Virus record (IMG/VR): IMGVR_UViG_3300035180_002574
Location: 96,001-160,000 of that record
DNA length: 64,000 nt
Reading direction: 5' to 3' (one strand)
Source of the DNA: a virus
The position numbers were made by a program, and so were the translations under genes. The stretch's first letter is position 1. The number at the start of each line of letters is the position of its first letter. Below are positions 19,908 through 31,090 of the stretch, one piece after another. The notes under the pieces were generated by a model that had not been told where the DNA came from, did not search any database, and saw only the letters and a list, made by a program, of their open reading frames with translations.

Positions 19908-20717
19908 TTACCCTTTTAGCAGCATATCAGTGATGCTAACGTCACTATTAATTGTAAGATTATTGGCAACTGGTGAGTCTGGAATGTCCAGATCCTGGAA
20001 ATCAACGGTAAAAAATATCGCGTCAATTAAATTTCCAACAGGAATTTCCCTTCGCCATTCAGTTCTTATATCTAATGTCAGAGATAGCATATATAATTTA
20101 TCACTTCTATCATCTGTTTCTGATGGAGCACCAATTTGTGGCGGTTTTACGATAATTCCGATGTCATAAAGACTATCAACCGAGATTTCAGAAAAAAACA
20201 TACCAATTAATTCTGCTAAATCGTCTCTTGCCCTTAAACTTCTTGATTTAATATCTATTATTATAGATCCTTCCCAAACTCCCGCAGTTACAAATGCTTT
20301 TGGTCTTTTTACTGTGGTACAATGACCATATCCATCTTCGTAAATAACATCTTCATATTTAACACTTCCCTTTTCTCTATTTATAGAAATTGGAACATAT
20401 TTACTTCCGCCACTTTTTACTAAAACAGCGGGGTAATGTATTCCGTCAAAACGATAATTTTCACCAATATAAAGCCTAGTGCTCAAAATAGACTCATCAT
20501 TAGGTCCAGAAGGTAAATCTGCTCCTAAAGGTAAGTCTGTATGATCTGTTGTATTAGGAAACCCCCATTGGTCTCTTGCATAATGATAATAGCTATCTTT
20601 AGAAAAATAATCTCTCAAAAATGCAATTATCATTTCTTTTGGATAAACAAGCATTGATGCTTGTACCAAATTATACAAGGAATATAGGTCTGACCTAAAA
20701 GCATTATTACTGCTCAT
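19908..20717 (-). CDS. Tail terminator / tail completion protein
   Basis: 269 aa immediately before the sheath gene; YPAVLVKS...WEGSIIIDIKSRS..ARDDLAELI...YMLSLTLDIRTEW fits a tail-completion fold; DGYG motif. Confidence 0.6.
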   Translation of the reverse strand: MSSNNAFRSDLYSLYNLVQASMLVYPKEMIIAFLRDYFSKDSYYHYARDQWGFPNTTDHTDLPLGADLPSGPNDESILSTRLYIGENYRFDGIHYPAVLVKSGGSKYVPISINREKGSVKYEDVIYEDGYGHCTTVKRPKAFVTAGVWEGSIIIDIKSRSLRARDDLAELIGMFFSEISVDSLYDIGIIVKPPQIGAPSETDDRSDKLYMLSLTLDIRTEWRREIPVGNLIDAIFFTVDFQDLDIPDSPVANNLTINSDVSITDMLLKG

Positions 20718-20720
20718 AAA

Positions 20721-23700
20721 TTACCACCTGTATTTTACCATAAGAGGAGATATGTAGAAGTCGGTACCAACTACAGGGTTTCTAAGATATCTAATATCCA
20801 ACGTAACGCCAATTGACTGAAATCTATTAGTTGTAAATTGATCTGAAATATCAGTTCCGCCAGGACCAGCCGTTGTAGTATCAAGAACCATTGGTATTGT
20901 TAGTGAAGTAGAATTGATTTGACGTCCATCTACCATTACTGCTACCGGAGATAAATCATTAGTAATTCCAGCATCTCTAATACCAGAACCATATGGAGGT
21001 AAGCCGGATGGTAATCCAGTGAAATAATCTAGATCAACATATAAATTACTAACAGAATATCTATTCAAAGATAAGTAAAATAATGTATTTGCGTGATTTA
21101 TATCTACGATGGATTCCCAAGGTCTTAGACCCATTTGCAATTTAACAATTCTAACATTTGCTGGAAGATATTTGTCTAGATTTTCTTGCCAACCTAATAT
21201 TTTTACTGTTGGAGTATCCGTATCGTGAATCCATAATACTGGAGATTTATAAAGACCAATAATATCAGATGCAACTTTATCTACACCTGGGGCACTTGTA
21301 ACGAAGAAGGCTCCCGGGCTATATCCAGTGGTTGTTGAGAATCCAAACTCTCCAAATAAACCTGCATTGTTTGTGATTGGGATGGATAAATAACCAGTTT
21401 GATTAATATTTCTTTCGATAATCCATCTTCTAGCGTTACTGGTTCCTAAGAAAGTGATATTAACAGTTAATTCGCTAATATCGTTGTGTACAATATCAGT
21501 AATCCATGGGCTATCAAAGAAGTTTTCAGTAATAACACCATGAGAAGATGCTCCGTCCCAAGCTGGCATATCTACGGTTCCGAAAGCAACGTAAGCTAAA
21601 ATAGTCTTTCCATTTCTGTAGATTCTATTGTGGGTTACAATATTATTGGAGCCGGATACTAAAATTCCGATGTTAGCAGGAATGCCAGATAATACGTTTT
21701 CATCCATACCTTTAACAGTATTATGGCTGATTTGACATGAGCCTTGTGAGAAAATTCCCCCATACTTATAAAGATAAGTAATTGGAGTAATAGAGGTAGT
21801 ATACCAATAACCCGCACCAATACTATTTCCAGTTATGATACATGGAGAATCTGGAACATCCGTGTCACTAGAAGACGATGCCGCTTGATGGATATTAGAT
21901 GCAACTGTTATTGCATAGCCATAGGCATAGCCACCGGTAAATCCGTAACTTCCCGTTTCATTATCATTAAAATTATCAAGATATGCTTGATCATATGCTA
22001 CAAGTGAATTATTCACTACCTGTATAGAAGAGTCTGTGGTAGTAGTTATTGCGGCATGTATCCAATTTGATCTATTCTTCGTGATAGTTACATGACCAGA
22101 AGCATATACGCACTTATTAACCGTTCTATCTCCAATAAGTGTATTAATCAGCTTGATTGGATACCAATAGTGGCCAGTGTGATCCATGGTTGCAATCAAG
22201 TGACACAAATTGTTTTCGATGATAAGATTTGACGTTTTATCATTTAATGAGTTAGGAACGATATTAATGAACTTAGTATCGGCAGAAACCCAATATCCAA
22301 TTGTTCCACAAATGTTATCTCTAATAACAACATTTTGCGCAATTAAACCTGATAGCATATTTCCGGTTGATGTTAGATCAGTTTGAGAAGTTACCAATAT
22401 CATTTGATTTCTATTGCATGTATTATTTGCAATTAATACATTAGCAACGGTTGGTCTTTGAGAGCCATCAATAGTTACCGGCGCCTTATTAATAATAGCG
22501 ATTGCTGCCGCAACATCATCCGCATTTGTTGAAACATTTAAGTTGTTGAACTTACAATTAGTAATTGTGACATTACTTAATATAGACGTATTGGTTGGTA
22601 GCTCAAAATTAATAAAACTTAATCTGAACTTGCTTCCCAATGGCGGATTATAATTAAATGTAACCCTATCTATAGTAATATCTGTTATTGTACTAGCAAC
22701 ATTACAATAAATATATCCTCTTCCAGAATTAACAAAATCTCCAGGATTATAGGTAAATCCATTTGGCAAACCATTAGCCGGATCTGCTGCATAAATATCT
22801 GGTCCAATATTTGGATCATGTGTAGAGGTAACGCTCAATCTTGATAACACAAGGTTATTTGCGCTATTAACTAAAAATTGAGAGAAATTTCCAATGAAAG
22901 AAGAATCAGTGATTCTAATTCCAGAATTTGGTACGTCAAATTCTGTTTGATGATTTATTAAGAATACGGTTCCCGGTGCTTGAGAGTCAACATATGCGAA
23001 TTCAACTTCAACATGATTTCCTTCAAACCTAAAATCTTTATTATTTCCCAATTTGAATACGGCACCAGCATCGGCGGGAACTGTATAATTAACAAAGATT
23101 GTACAATCTTTAAAAGAAACATTTTCTGAATTAGTCAAATCAATAGCTATATTTCCAGACGGAGTAGTATCTACCTGCAAATGAATTTCGCAATTCTCGA
23201 AAGATAAATTTTTTGAGCTTGGTAAAATAGCTAGTTTTTTAAGGAAATCCACCCTCATGTTTCTGATGGTGAGATTAGATCCTAAGGTAACTAATGCATT
23301 GAATGTTAATTGCGCGTTATTTTCTCCTTCAAAAATTGTTGAGTGACCAAAATCCAATATCGTATTGCTGCTGATAGTTCCTGTAAGAGAATTTGCTCCA
23401 TTAAAATTTGCAAAACTATTAAATGAATTATTATACTTAACCCAATTTATTATGGCTAGAGGATTCCTAAAATTACCCTGAGATTGTGCTAGGGTTAATT
23501 TCAATGGTAAATTACTATCAGCGTCATTAACATATCTTCTAGCATCTGTAGTCATTGAGAAAGATACATATGCTGGAAGTGGGGATGTTGTTAGCGTAGC
23601 TCCCACGATGTATAATATTGTTAAATCTTTTCTAGTATTGACGATATCTGAGAAAGTATTTGCATCAACAAAATAAGATAGCCCGGTATTTGGATTAAAT

Positions 23701-26700
23701 ACCTTCATCATTCTGTTTGGATCATTTGGCGTGCCTAACGCAACATCATGGTCTAATAATGGTTGGAATTGATATTCTCCCTTTGAGTTAACACAAAGAG
23801 CCCAGTTTATACTGTAATATGTTCCGGAATAAAACTCTTGTAGAACTGGAATTGCTAATTTAGCATCATTCATTTGAATGATCTTTCCATCTACTAGAAC
23901 TTTACCACCATTAATATGAATTTGATCGTTATGAACAATAAATGGTGATGCCGACAAATCAAAACCAGAAATTACTCCATTCATATGCAATAATTTCTCT
24001 GGCAAAGAAATATAATTCAATGCAGAAGTGCTGAGATCTTTTTCTGAAGTATTTCCAAATTGACGGGCATCTTGAAGGTATGTGATTTTGTTTGTCACGT
24101 CATTTAATTGACATGTGCTAATCATCATTACTTCATCATCTAATGATAATGAAGGAAATAATTGAATATCAATATCTTGGTTCGTGAAAGAGCTTAATAC
24201 GTCATTAGGATCAACATAAAAATCTATATAGTCATTTCCTGTGCTGTCATAGAATCTGGTGATTTCACCTTTTCTGCCGGTAGTATATTGACCATAAACA
24301 GTGTGTAGAGACCCGTCCCACTGAGTTAGCCAACCAGTATATACTCCGGTGGTATCATTATAGCTAGAAAGAGTAAGTGTAGTTTTTTGGATTTGTCCAA
24401 ACTGAAAGCCTCTTAATTTTGGAGAAACTTTGATGATATTAAATTTCGCCAATTCTGAGTGAGAATATAATGGAATTGTACCGTTCACTGTGTTAGTTGA
24501 ACCGCTAATATTCATTCTGGCGCGTTCATGAGTGAATGTTTTTCCATCCTGAGTAATGTAAACCTCTATATGTCTTTTAAATGCTGGTGGATTTGAAAGA
24601 GAAATATCGGATGCGTTTTCTTTATTAAAAGACACTGAACTGCTATCAAAATATAATGCCACACTACTTCCAATTGGAAGAGTAGCATATGGAGATAGTC
24701 CGGTAGCATGTATAGCATCATACACTACGACATCTGTAGTGGGTGTTGGCGTGCATCCAGAAAATGTTACTGATTTTATAGTAAATCTTCCAAAATCAGT
24801 TAATGACCCACTTTTATTTAACGATTGAATTACTAAAGTCTTTCCAGCTTTCAAATTAGATGCAGAAAGATCTAGAGGTATTGAGTAGGTAACTTCTACG
24901 TGCCCAGATGGTGATGGCGCGGGAACCGGGTTAATTGCAGTCACGGTTGCTGTCCAATAAACATCACCATATCCATCAATGACTTGACCAATATCTGGGG
25001 CTAGCTGATCTCTTTCGGCTCCATTTACATAATAATTGTTTCTCTTTAAAGGAACAAATAATTTGGTTGCTTGAACGGCAGCGGCTGGAGAGCCATAAGA
25101 AGTCATGTATGGAGGACTTGCAATATTAGCTCCTGTCACACCAAATCCTAACGCATCTTTTATCAATCCTGTACTTCCAGCAAAAACGTCAACAACATTA
25201 TTTGGGAAGTTTGATCTGGTAGCTGAAGTATCATATGATCCATCAGATGGATTAACAACTGCATTTAAAATTGAGAAAGCGGCATTGTTGTATGAGTCTG
25301 CTAGTTTTATTCCAAAATTACCATTATAAGAGAATGCAATGAATCTATAATTAAATCCTGGTACTCTAAAAGCATTGTTAGTTGTATTGACAATATAATC
25401 AATAGTATACTTACCTGGTGTTGTTCCTTGATTTCCAGTAATATCAATTGCTGGAAGAATAGTATATCCATCACTTGGATTACCAGTTGGATAAATTGCA
25501 AGATATAAGTTATAGTGACTACTATCTAACTGATCAGGATCAAACCAAACTCCTAGCACTTCGGCGCCTCTTGGAGAGCCGATAATTAAACTTGGAATTT
25601 CTGAGAAAGAATTGTTTGCTGGCGCAACTGCCAATACTCCATATTTATTTGGATTGACTAATGAACGATCAATTCTAGCAGTTGCGTTGGCTGTATATTG
25701 TAAATTCTTTCCGTTTATTCTAATAAGGAACTTTTTAATTAGTCCATTTTGAATATATTTTTTTTCTTTTATTAAGAAAGGAACTTCTACAGTTCCATAA
25801 TTGACTCTTATGACGTCGCCAATTTTAACCAAAGCAAATTGTGCATCAAAAGAATTGGATGACAATAAACCTGCTGGTGGCAATAGTTCTACAATATCAT
25901 CTCCCTTATCAATATCATCAAATGGCGAACTCATAGTTCCAGTGCTTAATAAGTAGGCTACTGCCGGAACAGTTTGCACCAATGCCTGACCATAACCATC
26001 CGCTGTTAAAGAAGATGATCTTGATATCTTTGAAATGCCATTACTATATAAATTTTGAATTCTGCTACCAAGCAAAAAGATACTGGAACTATCGATGAAA
26101 TCAGCAAATAATTGCAAATCATTCATTGTTTGAGGAATAGTATTAAATCTGTTCGTATTTAAAAATACTCCACTTGCAGTGTGAGCATAATTAGATGGAT
26201 AGGTAGACCCATTGTTTGTTTTAATCTTACCTATTGTTCCGAAAGGAGAGCCATCTGCAAATTGATGCGCCAATAACTCATTATTTATATCGTTTATTAA
26301 CGAATAAGATTCAGCATTGTCTCTCAATAAGCCAAATTTATTCTTTAGATATCCAGATGGATCCGAAACTAAAATATGTCTTAATTCATGGAAAAAAGAA
26401 AATCCAGAAATATGTGGCTCTAATTTTATTCCAGAGTCAGAAATCCATCCAGTGTCAATATTGATTTCTCTTGATAGGTCTCTTATGTAATTAAACAAAT
26501 CAGAAGTCCTATAATCAAGACGTAGCTTTGATTCTGGAATGCCTGCATTATCAGCAATTTGTAAGTTAGTTACAGGTAATGTAACCAATCCTAAACTGGT
26601 AATTTCTGATGGTTTAATATGACCATCTGGTTGAATAGCAACGCCAAGTCTTTCAGCGAGAGAATTCATAATACCAGGGGCACCAATTCCCATTTGCTCT

Positions 26701-26819
26701 TCTAAAGTAATTACACCTTCGCGAGTAGCATTGATCGCATCGCCACCAATTTCGTTGATGTTATCATTTACGACTGGAATGCTAGAGTCATCATCAATTG
26801 CTGCTGGAAATTTTATCAT
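20721..26819 (-). CDS. Giant virion protein with C-terminal right-handed beta-helix (tailspike/depolymerase-like)
   Basis: 2032 aa. The C-terminal third has parallel beta-helix repeats (VLIANNTCN, VVIRDNICG, LIIENNLCH, VTITKNRSN, CIITGNSIG, CQISHNTVK, NIVTHNRIY). Confidence 0.65.
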   Translation of the reverse strand: MIKFPAAIDDDSSIPVVNDNINEIGGDAINATREGVITLEEQMGIGAPGIMNSLAERLGVAIQPDGHIKPSEITSLGLVTLPVTNLQIADNAGIPESKLRLDYRTSDLFNYIRDLSREINIDTGWISDSGIKLEPHISGFSFFHELRHILVSDPSGYLKNKFGLLRDNAESYSLINDINNELLAHQFADGSPFGTIGKIKTNNGSTYPSNYAHTASGVFLNTNRFNTIPQTMNDLQLFADFIDSSSIFLLGSRIQNLYSNGISKISRSSSLTADGYGQALVQTVPAVAYLLSTGTMSSPFDDIDKGDDIVELLPPAGLLSSNSFDAQFALVKIGDVIRVNYGTVEVPFLIKEKKYIQNGLIKKFLIRINGKNLQYTANATARIDRSLVNPNKYGVLAVAPANNSFSEIPSLIIGSPRGAEVLGVWFDPDQLDSSHYNLYLAIYPTGNPSDGYTILPAIDITGNQGTTPGKYTIDYIVNTTNNAFRVPGFNYRFIAFSYNGNFGIKLADSYNNAAFSILNAVVNPSDGSYDTSATRSNFPNNVVDVFAGSTGLIKDALGFGVTGANIASPPYMTSYGSPAAAVQATKLFVPLKRNNYYVNGAERDQLAPDIGQVIDGYGDVYWTATVTAINPVPAPSPSGHVEVTYSIPLDLSASNLKAGKTLVIQSLNKSGSLTDFGRFTIKSVTFSGCTPTPTTDVVVYDAIHATGLSPYATLPIGSSVALYFDSSSVSFNKENASDISLSNPPAFKRHIEVYITQDGKTFTHERARMNISGSTNTVNGTIPLYSHSELAKFNIIKVSPKLRGFQFGQIQKTTLTLSSYNDTTGVYTGWLTQWDGSLHTVYGQYTTGRKGEITRFYDSTGNDYIDFYVDPNDVLSSFTNQDIDIQLFPSLSLDDEVMMISTCQLNDVTNKITYLQDARQFGNTSEKDLSTSALNYISLPEKLLHMNGVISGFDLSASPFIVHNDQIHINGGKVLVDGKIIQMNDAKLAIPVLQEFYSGTYYSINWALCVNSKGEYQFQPLLDHDVALGTPNDPNRMMKVFNPNTGLSYFVDANTFSDIVNTRKDLTILYIVGATLTTSPLPAYVSFSMTTDARRYVNDADSNLPLKLTLAQSQGNFRNPLAIINWVKYNNSFNSFANFNGANSLTGTISSNTILDFGHSTIFEGENNAQLTFNALVTLGSNLTIRNMRVDFLKKLAILPSSKNLSFENCEIHLQVDTTPSGNIAIDLTNSENVSFKDCTIFVNYTVPADAGAVFKLGNNKDFRFEGNHVEVEFAYVDSQAPGTVFLINHQTEFDVPNSGIRITDSSFIGNFSQFLVNSANNLVLSRLSVTSTHDPNIGPDIYAADPANGLPNGFTYNPGDFVNSGRGYIYCNVASTITDITIDRVTFNYNPPLGSKFRLSFINFELPTNTSILSNVTITNCKFNNLNVSTNADDVAAAIAIINKAPVTIDGSQRPTVANVLIANNTCNRNQMILVTSQTDLTSTGNMLSGLIAQNVVIRDNICGTIGYWVSADTKFINIVPNSLNDKTSNLIIENNLCHLIATMDHTGHYWYPIKLINTLIGDRTVNKCVYASGHVTITKNRSNWIHAAITTTTDSSIQVVNNSLVAYDQAYLDNFNDNETGSYGFTGGYAYGYAITVASNIHQAASSSSDTDVPDSPCIITGNSIGAGYWYTTSITPITYLYKYGGIFSQGSCQISHNTVKGMDENVLSGIPANIGILVSGSNNIVTHNRIYRNGKTILAYVAFGTVDMPAWDGASSHGVITENFFDSPWITDIVHNDISELTVNITFLGTSNARRWIIERNINQTGYLSIPITNNAGLFGEFGFSTTTGYSPGAFFVTSAPGVDKVASDIIGLYKSPVLWIHDTDTPTVKILGWQENLDKYLPANVRIVKLQMGLRPWESIVDINHANTLFYLSLNRYSVSNLYVDLDYFTGLPSGLPPYGSGIRDAGITNDLSPVAVMVDGRQINSTSLTIPMVLDTTTAGPGGTDISDQFTTNRFQSIGVTLDIRYLRNPVVGTDFYISPLMVKYRW

Positions 26820-26870
26820 ATCTCACCATTTATGCTTGGTTTATTGTAGTTTATATATCTTATTTCAAGA

Positions 26871-27350
26871 TTATTGCTTGTTTTGGGTAGAATTATTTGC
26901 ATCTGGTGCAGAAGGGGCGACATTTGTTACGTTCTGTGGCACAGGAATAGTTGTAACTACAGATGATACTGGGTCTGGAAGAATATTAGGGTCATTTATT
27001 TGAGCATTTGGAATTTTTGATAACACAAATGAAATAATAAATGAATTTACAATTCTATATCCTAATCCAGAAAGTAATCCTCCTGCCAATCCCCAAGAAA
27101 CTCGCGCACTTGTGGCACTCATATCCACCGGGTATGGATATTTCTTGGCAATTATAGCAAAAATAATTCCAATAATTATTGGAAGAAGTGGAAGAATTAA
27201 ATCTCTCCAAAGTTTTGATTCTTTAGCAACAAATTTGTTATTGACTAGCACATACTCGGCAATTCTTCTAATTATTAAAGTAATACCAAACACTGCAAGG
27301 CAAAAAAGGACAAACTGCCACGTAAAAAGGGCTAGCAATACATTATCCAT
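26871..27350 (-). CDS. Holin-like membrane protein
   Basis: From ATG 27350 (GAGGAG SD); three hydrophobic segments, LPLLPIIIGIIFAII and GLAGGLLSGLGY pattern, low-complexity C-tail. Confidence 0.5.
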   Translation of the reverse strand: MDNVLLALFTWQFVLFCLAVFGITLIIRRIAEYVLVNNKFVAKESKLWRDLILPLLPIIIGIIFAIIAKKYPYPVDMSATSARVSWGLAGGLLSGLGYRIVNSFIISFVLSKIPNAQINDPNILPDPVSSVVTTIPVPQNVTNVAPSAPDANNSTQNKQ

Positions 27351-27398
27351 CTGAATCTCCTCTTCAGTTATGCAAAACAAGTAATATATGAGTAATTC

Positions 27399-28127
27399 TT
27401 ATGTGGCATCAATATAAAAGCCAGCTATCCCATAATCTGTATTACATGGCGTTATACAACCATTCCCATGATAAAAAGCGGCTAAATAATATCTTTTACC
27501 TGCCGTCATAGTTCCTGCCGGAATTCTTGCAATTGCATGACCCTGATTTGTTAAATGTAACGAAAAACTCTGCAAATTAACAAAAGAAAGATTGTCAGTA
27601 TATAATTTAAAATCAACAATCCCATCAATAAAATTAAAAGAGCCTAAAGACTGTGTCAAATTAAATTGAAAATACCCATCTGTTGCGGCTGATTGTGTAT
27701 GACTGTTATAACCATCACTAATTATATTAGATATAGATTTTTGAACAATACACCTTTGAGTGGCACTATATGATGATTTCCAAATATTGGATACACCAGA
27801 AAACAAAGCAAAAACGTTTCTATCTCCAAAAAAATATTCAGAACCATCCTCGCCCGGAATACCTCCCTGTAGATTTCCAGATACCATACTAATAGTAATA
27901 TCCGTTATCCCAGTGGAATTATCTGCTTGTCCGAGAATTTCTTTTGTATCATTGTCAATAACAAAAACTGTACCACCACTAATATAATCGCTTACATATT
28001 TTACGTGAATGGTAAATGTCATTGATTGACCACAATTAATTCCATTTGGATTATCCATAACAAATGTAGTTGTAGTACCTCTAACATTTGTCATATTTAT
28101 TTGCATGAATCCATTAATTATTGACAT
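27399..28127 (-). CDS. Putative virion protein with Ig-like beta-sandwich domains
   Basis: 242 aa beta-rich (GQSMTFTIHV...GGTVFVID...LGQAD..TGITDITI...FALFSG); two DGY motifs. Confidence 0.45.
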   Translation of the reverse strand: MSIINGFMQINMTNVRGTTTTFVMDNPNGINCGQSMTFTIHVKYVSDYISGGTVFVIDNDTKEILGQADNSTGITDITISMVSGNLQGGIPGEDGSEYFFGDRNVFALFSGVSNIWKSSYSATQRCIVQKSISNIISDGYNSHTQSAATDGYFQFNLTQSLGSFNFIDGIVDFKLYTDNLSFVNLQSFSLHLTNQGHAIARIPAGTMTAGKRYYLAAFYHGNGCITPCNTDYGIAGFYIDAT

Positions 28128-28134
28128 GTGAACC

Positions 28135-29508
28135 TTAAGCGTCTGCTATGCAGACGGCTTGTATAACCATAATCCAATTAACATTAGGATAACTTCCGCC
28201 ATTAGTATATCCAGATTTAACCGTAATTGTATTTCCGGAGGAAATTATTGTAGGAGCCCCAAATAAGAAGGTGCCATGTATAGATTCACTTTCATTAACT
28301 ATATTAACTCCACCTGGAAATACTTGTACTGCGCTTCCATTCCAATAAAATGTAGCGCTTACATTTGCAGTATAAGAATCTGCCTGCCCAACAAGCTTAC
28401 CAACTAAAATAGCATCAACACGGGTAGTGGAATTAGATGGCACAGTAAAACTGTGTGTAATTGGAGTATCGCAGCTTGCTGATAAACCATGTGCTCGATA
28501 TGAATATACGTATTCTTTTGACTCTCCCCATGTGCTGGGATTTGGTATTGATCCAATTGTAAAATTGTTACCATCAGATTGTTTTATATTTAGTTTGCCA
28601 CTATTTGAGTATAGAATCGCACCACCTACTGGTGTTCCTGTAGTTGGCATGCTTGCAGCGTCTGCTATGAACATTACTAAATCGCCAGTTCCAGCCGGCA
28701 TATTAGTATTTGTTATTAAAGATGATGCGCAAAGAGAAACTATTCTACCAGAAGAGGTATCTGGTTGTATTAATTGTAAGGCTGGAGATTCACTATTAGA
28801 TAATGATAAAATTACTCCGCCTCTTTTTCTCCCCAAGGCTCCCGGTTCGCCTCCTTTTAACCAAAGATTTCCTCCAGAACCAATACCAAGACCCGTTTGA
28901 GCTTTTATTGTAAAATCAACTCCGCTTACATTGTGAGCTGGCGGAAATCCAGAACCAACAGCATCTGCCTGTGTAATTAAAGGGGTGATAAATCTTGGAT
29001 TGAATTTTATATTGGAACACAATACAGTTACAGACCCGGCGCCAGCCAAATCACCAGTAATTTGTACAATTTGTTGAACTGAATTGGTTCCTATTAAATC
29101 TCCACCAGCAGTGAAATTATTTACTGGCGCCAATGGCGACCAAGAAAAACCATCCCAAGTTAATACATTACCTACTCCTGGCGTTGAGGTATTAACTGGG
29201 TTTCCCTGTATACCAATTACCTTCTGAATGTCCGCAGTTCCTCCAAGGTCTCCGCCTAACTTTATAAGTCCTTTAACGGTGGGAGAGGCATCGGGCAAGA
29301 CCGGAGGGGAAACAAGGTATGAAATTGCTTGCACAGCTTCCTGAACGGTATGTTTTATGTGACCGTCAACCATGACGGGAGGGGACATGTCGATTTGATT
29401 TGCTGTGTGTCTAAAATTATTTCCTTGAATATGATTTTCAAAATCATATCTGTCAGTAACAAGTCTTCCTACACCTGGTTTAAAATTTGGGGACGATGGA
29501 TTGCTCAT
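28135..29508 (-). CDS. Fibre-like virion protein
   Basis: 457 aa; PDASPTVKGLIKLGGDLGGTA and repeated AGGDLxG and VLTWDG..W.P elements typical of phage fibre shafts. Confidence 0.55.
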   Translation of the reverse strand: MSNPSSPNFKPGVGRLVTDRYDFENHIQGNNFRHTANQIDMSPPVMVDGHIKHTVQEAVQAISYLVSPPVLPDASPTVKGLIKLGGDLGGTADIQKVIGIQGNPVNTSTPGVGNVLTWDGFSWSPLAPVNNFTAGGDLIGTNSVQQIVQITGDLAGAGSVTVLCSNIKFNPRFITPLITQADAVGSGFPPAHNVSGVDFTIKAQTGLGIGSGGNLWLKGGEPGALGRKRGGVILSLSNSESPALQLIQPDTSSGRIVSLCASSLITNTNMPAGTGDLVMFIADAASMPTTGTPVGGAILYSNSGKLNIKQSDGNNFTIGSIPNPSTWGESKEYVYSYRAHGLSASCDTPITHSFTVPSNSTTRVDAILVGKLVGQADSYTANVSATFYWNGSAVQVFPGGVNIVNESESIHGTFLFGAPTIISSGNTITVKSGYTNGGSYPNVNWIMVIQAVCIADA

Positions 29509-29515
29509 ATTTTCC

Positions 29516-31090
29516 TCAAGGAATTATTATTTTATGCGTATGACCAAGAGCAGGCTGAACAACACCATTTACAATTGAATGGTTATGACCCTGTGATACT
29601 GCTGTTGTTTGATTTATTTGAGATACTGATAAGATCTTCTCATTTATCACAATTTCATGTGTGTGCGGTGGTATTCCTAGAGAAAATCCTATTCCAGTAT
29701 TTAATTTGGAAGGGAACATACTGGTGTCTCTGAAAATTCTAACCTGATAAGCCGGATCAGTCTTTCTAATTCTTTGGGCTCTAAACTTTTGTCCGCCCAT
29801 TAGTGGTCCAAGAGTATTGTTTCTTGTAACTCCTAAAATTTCATATCTAAATTCTTCATTATTATCTTCGTCAAACAAAACAATAACATCTCTTTGCTTA
29901 ATAATAGGTGCCGCCTGCATCCAACCATCTATTGTAAACTCTGATTCTAAACCAGCCTCATATACTTTTGTTTGTTCTTCAGCCGGGCTGACACGAACCA
30001 TAATTCTACCATCAGATCTTCTTGGGTTGAAAAATTGCTCATATCCAATAACAAATTTTGTACCATGACATTTTGGACATCTATCGTCTGGATTTTCTCC
30101 AGAAGCTAAGTAACAGGAACATATAATCCCAGTTCGTTCTCTTCTAATCAAAACTGCTGGACGACCATCAATGCTTAAGTGCAATTCTTGTCTTTGATTA
30201 TTCTGGTCTTGTAATGACATGCCTCTTAAAATTTGCATATTTCCGTAACCATCAATACAGCCCATTTCTCCACCAATGTAACTTCCGACACAAGTGCCAT
30301 TCAATAATTGAACTGGATCTGTTCTATGATATCCTGCGTAATCATAAGCCGGATAATCAAGATTGCCTGGTTCACTGGCACTTAAATCGGTGCTCAAATA
30401 GTCTTTGGTAACTTGACGATAACCATCAACCAAAGTGAAAGAATTGTTAGGATATTCAAACCTGGCTTGACAAGCGAAAATTCTATCATAAATTTTAAAT
30501 TCGGTTAATGTAAAAACGCTAACCGCTGGATCCCAAGTAAAATATCCATCATATCCGCCCACAGTATGTGAAGTTGCTATTGTATTGTGATAGCCTCTTT
30601 GAGCCAAAGATGCTAAAATCAAATTATTATTTACAGAGTCAACCGCAAGATATTGAATTAACTCCACTCCCACTTTAATTATTCCAATAGTTGGGAATCC
30701 AGTAACATCCAACAAAGGAATGATGATGTCAGTTGCCGTAATATCATGTCTTAATAAACTAGTTGGATAAACTCTTAAATTATCATAAGCAATTGGAAGT
30801 AGCGATAGATCAGTTAAATTTTTATCATACTCTACTGGTCTAACTGCAAAAAAATATTCTTGCCCAGGAGTTAAATCAATAATGTTTGCCTCCAGAGAAC
30901 CATCAATGGATACATATTTTACACCATCATAAAATACTCTATTTTTTTGGGTAGAATAATAAATATGATAAGCGATTCCATAGCCATCCGATGGAATCGC
31001 TTGAAACCACTTGACATTAATGGTCTGACCGTCGCCCAATGAGGAAACAGCGTCTGTGCCGACATTTACGTATTGCGGGTAATAAACCAT
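29516..31090 (-). CDS. Head closure / neck protein with FN3-like N-terminus, Cys cluster and His-rich C-terminus
   Basis: 524 aa; ICSC...DDRCPKCHGTKF Zn-type cluster followed by a head-closure-like beta domain; C-terminal PHTHEI/GHNHSI/GHTHKI; four DGY motifs. Confidence 0.6.
   Translation of the reverse strand: MVYYPQYVNVGTDAVSSLGDGQTINVKWFQAIPSDGYGIAYHIYYSTQKNRVFYDGVKYVSIDGSLEANIIDLTPGQEYFFAVRPVEYDKNLTDLSLLPIAYDNLRVYPTSLLRHDITATDIIIPLLDVTGFPTIGIIKVGVELIQYLAVDSVNNNLILASLAQRGYHNTIATSHTVGGYDGYFTWDPAVSVFTLTEFKIYDRIFACQARFEYPNNSFTLVDGYRQVTKDYLSTDLSASEPGNLDYPAYDYAGYHRTDPVQLLNGTCVGSYIGGEMGCIDGYGNMQILRGMSLQDQNNQRQELHLSIDGRPAVLIRRERTGIICSCYLASGENPDDRCPKCHGTKFVIGYEQFFNPRRSDGRIMVRVSPAEEQTKVYEAGLESEFTIDGWMQAAPIIKQRDVIVLFDEDNNEEFRYEILGVTRNNTLGPLMGGQKFRAQRIRKTDPAYQVRIFRDTSMFPSKLNTGIGFSLGIPPHTHEIVINEKILSVSQINQTTAVSQGHNHSIVNGVVQPALGHTHKIIIP

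Noticed and set aside
1-20717. Tail module as a stand-alone contractile injection system (eCIS/tailocin/T6SS)
   Set aside because: A capsid gene, decoration proteins, neck genes and homing endonucleases in the same contiguous operons indicate a complete phage.
7050-26819. Inteins or introns in the very large hub and 2032-aa genes
   Set aside because: No C/S...HN-C/S/T splice junctions or embedded endonuclease motifs were recognised, and the frames are continuous.
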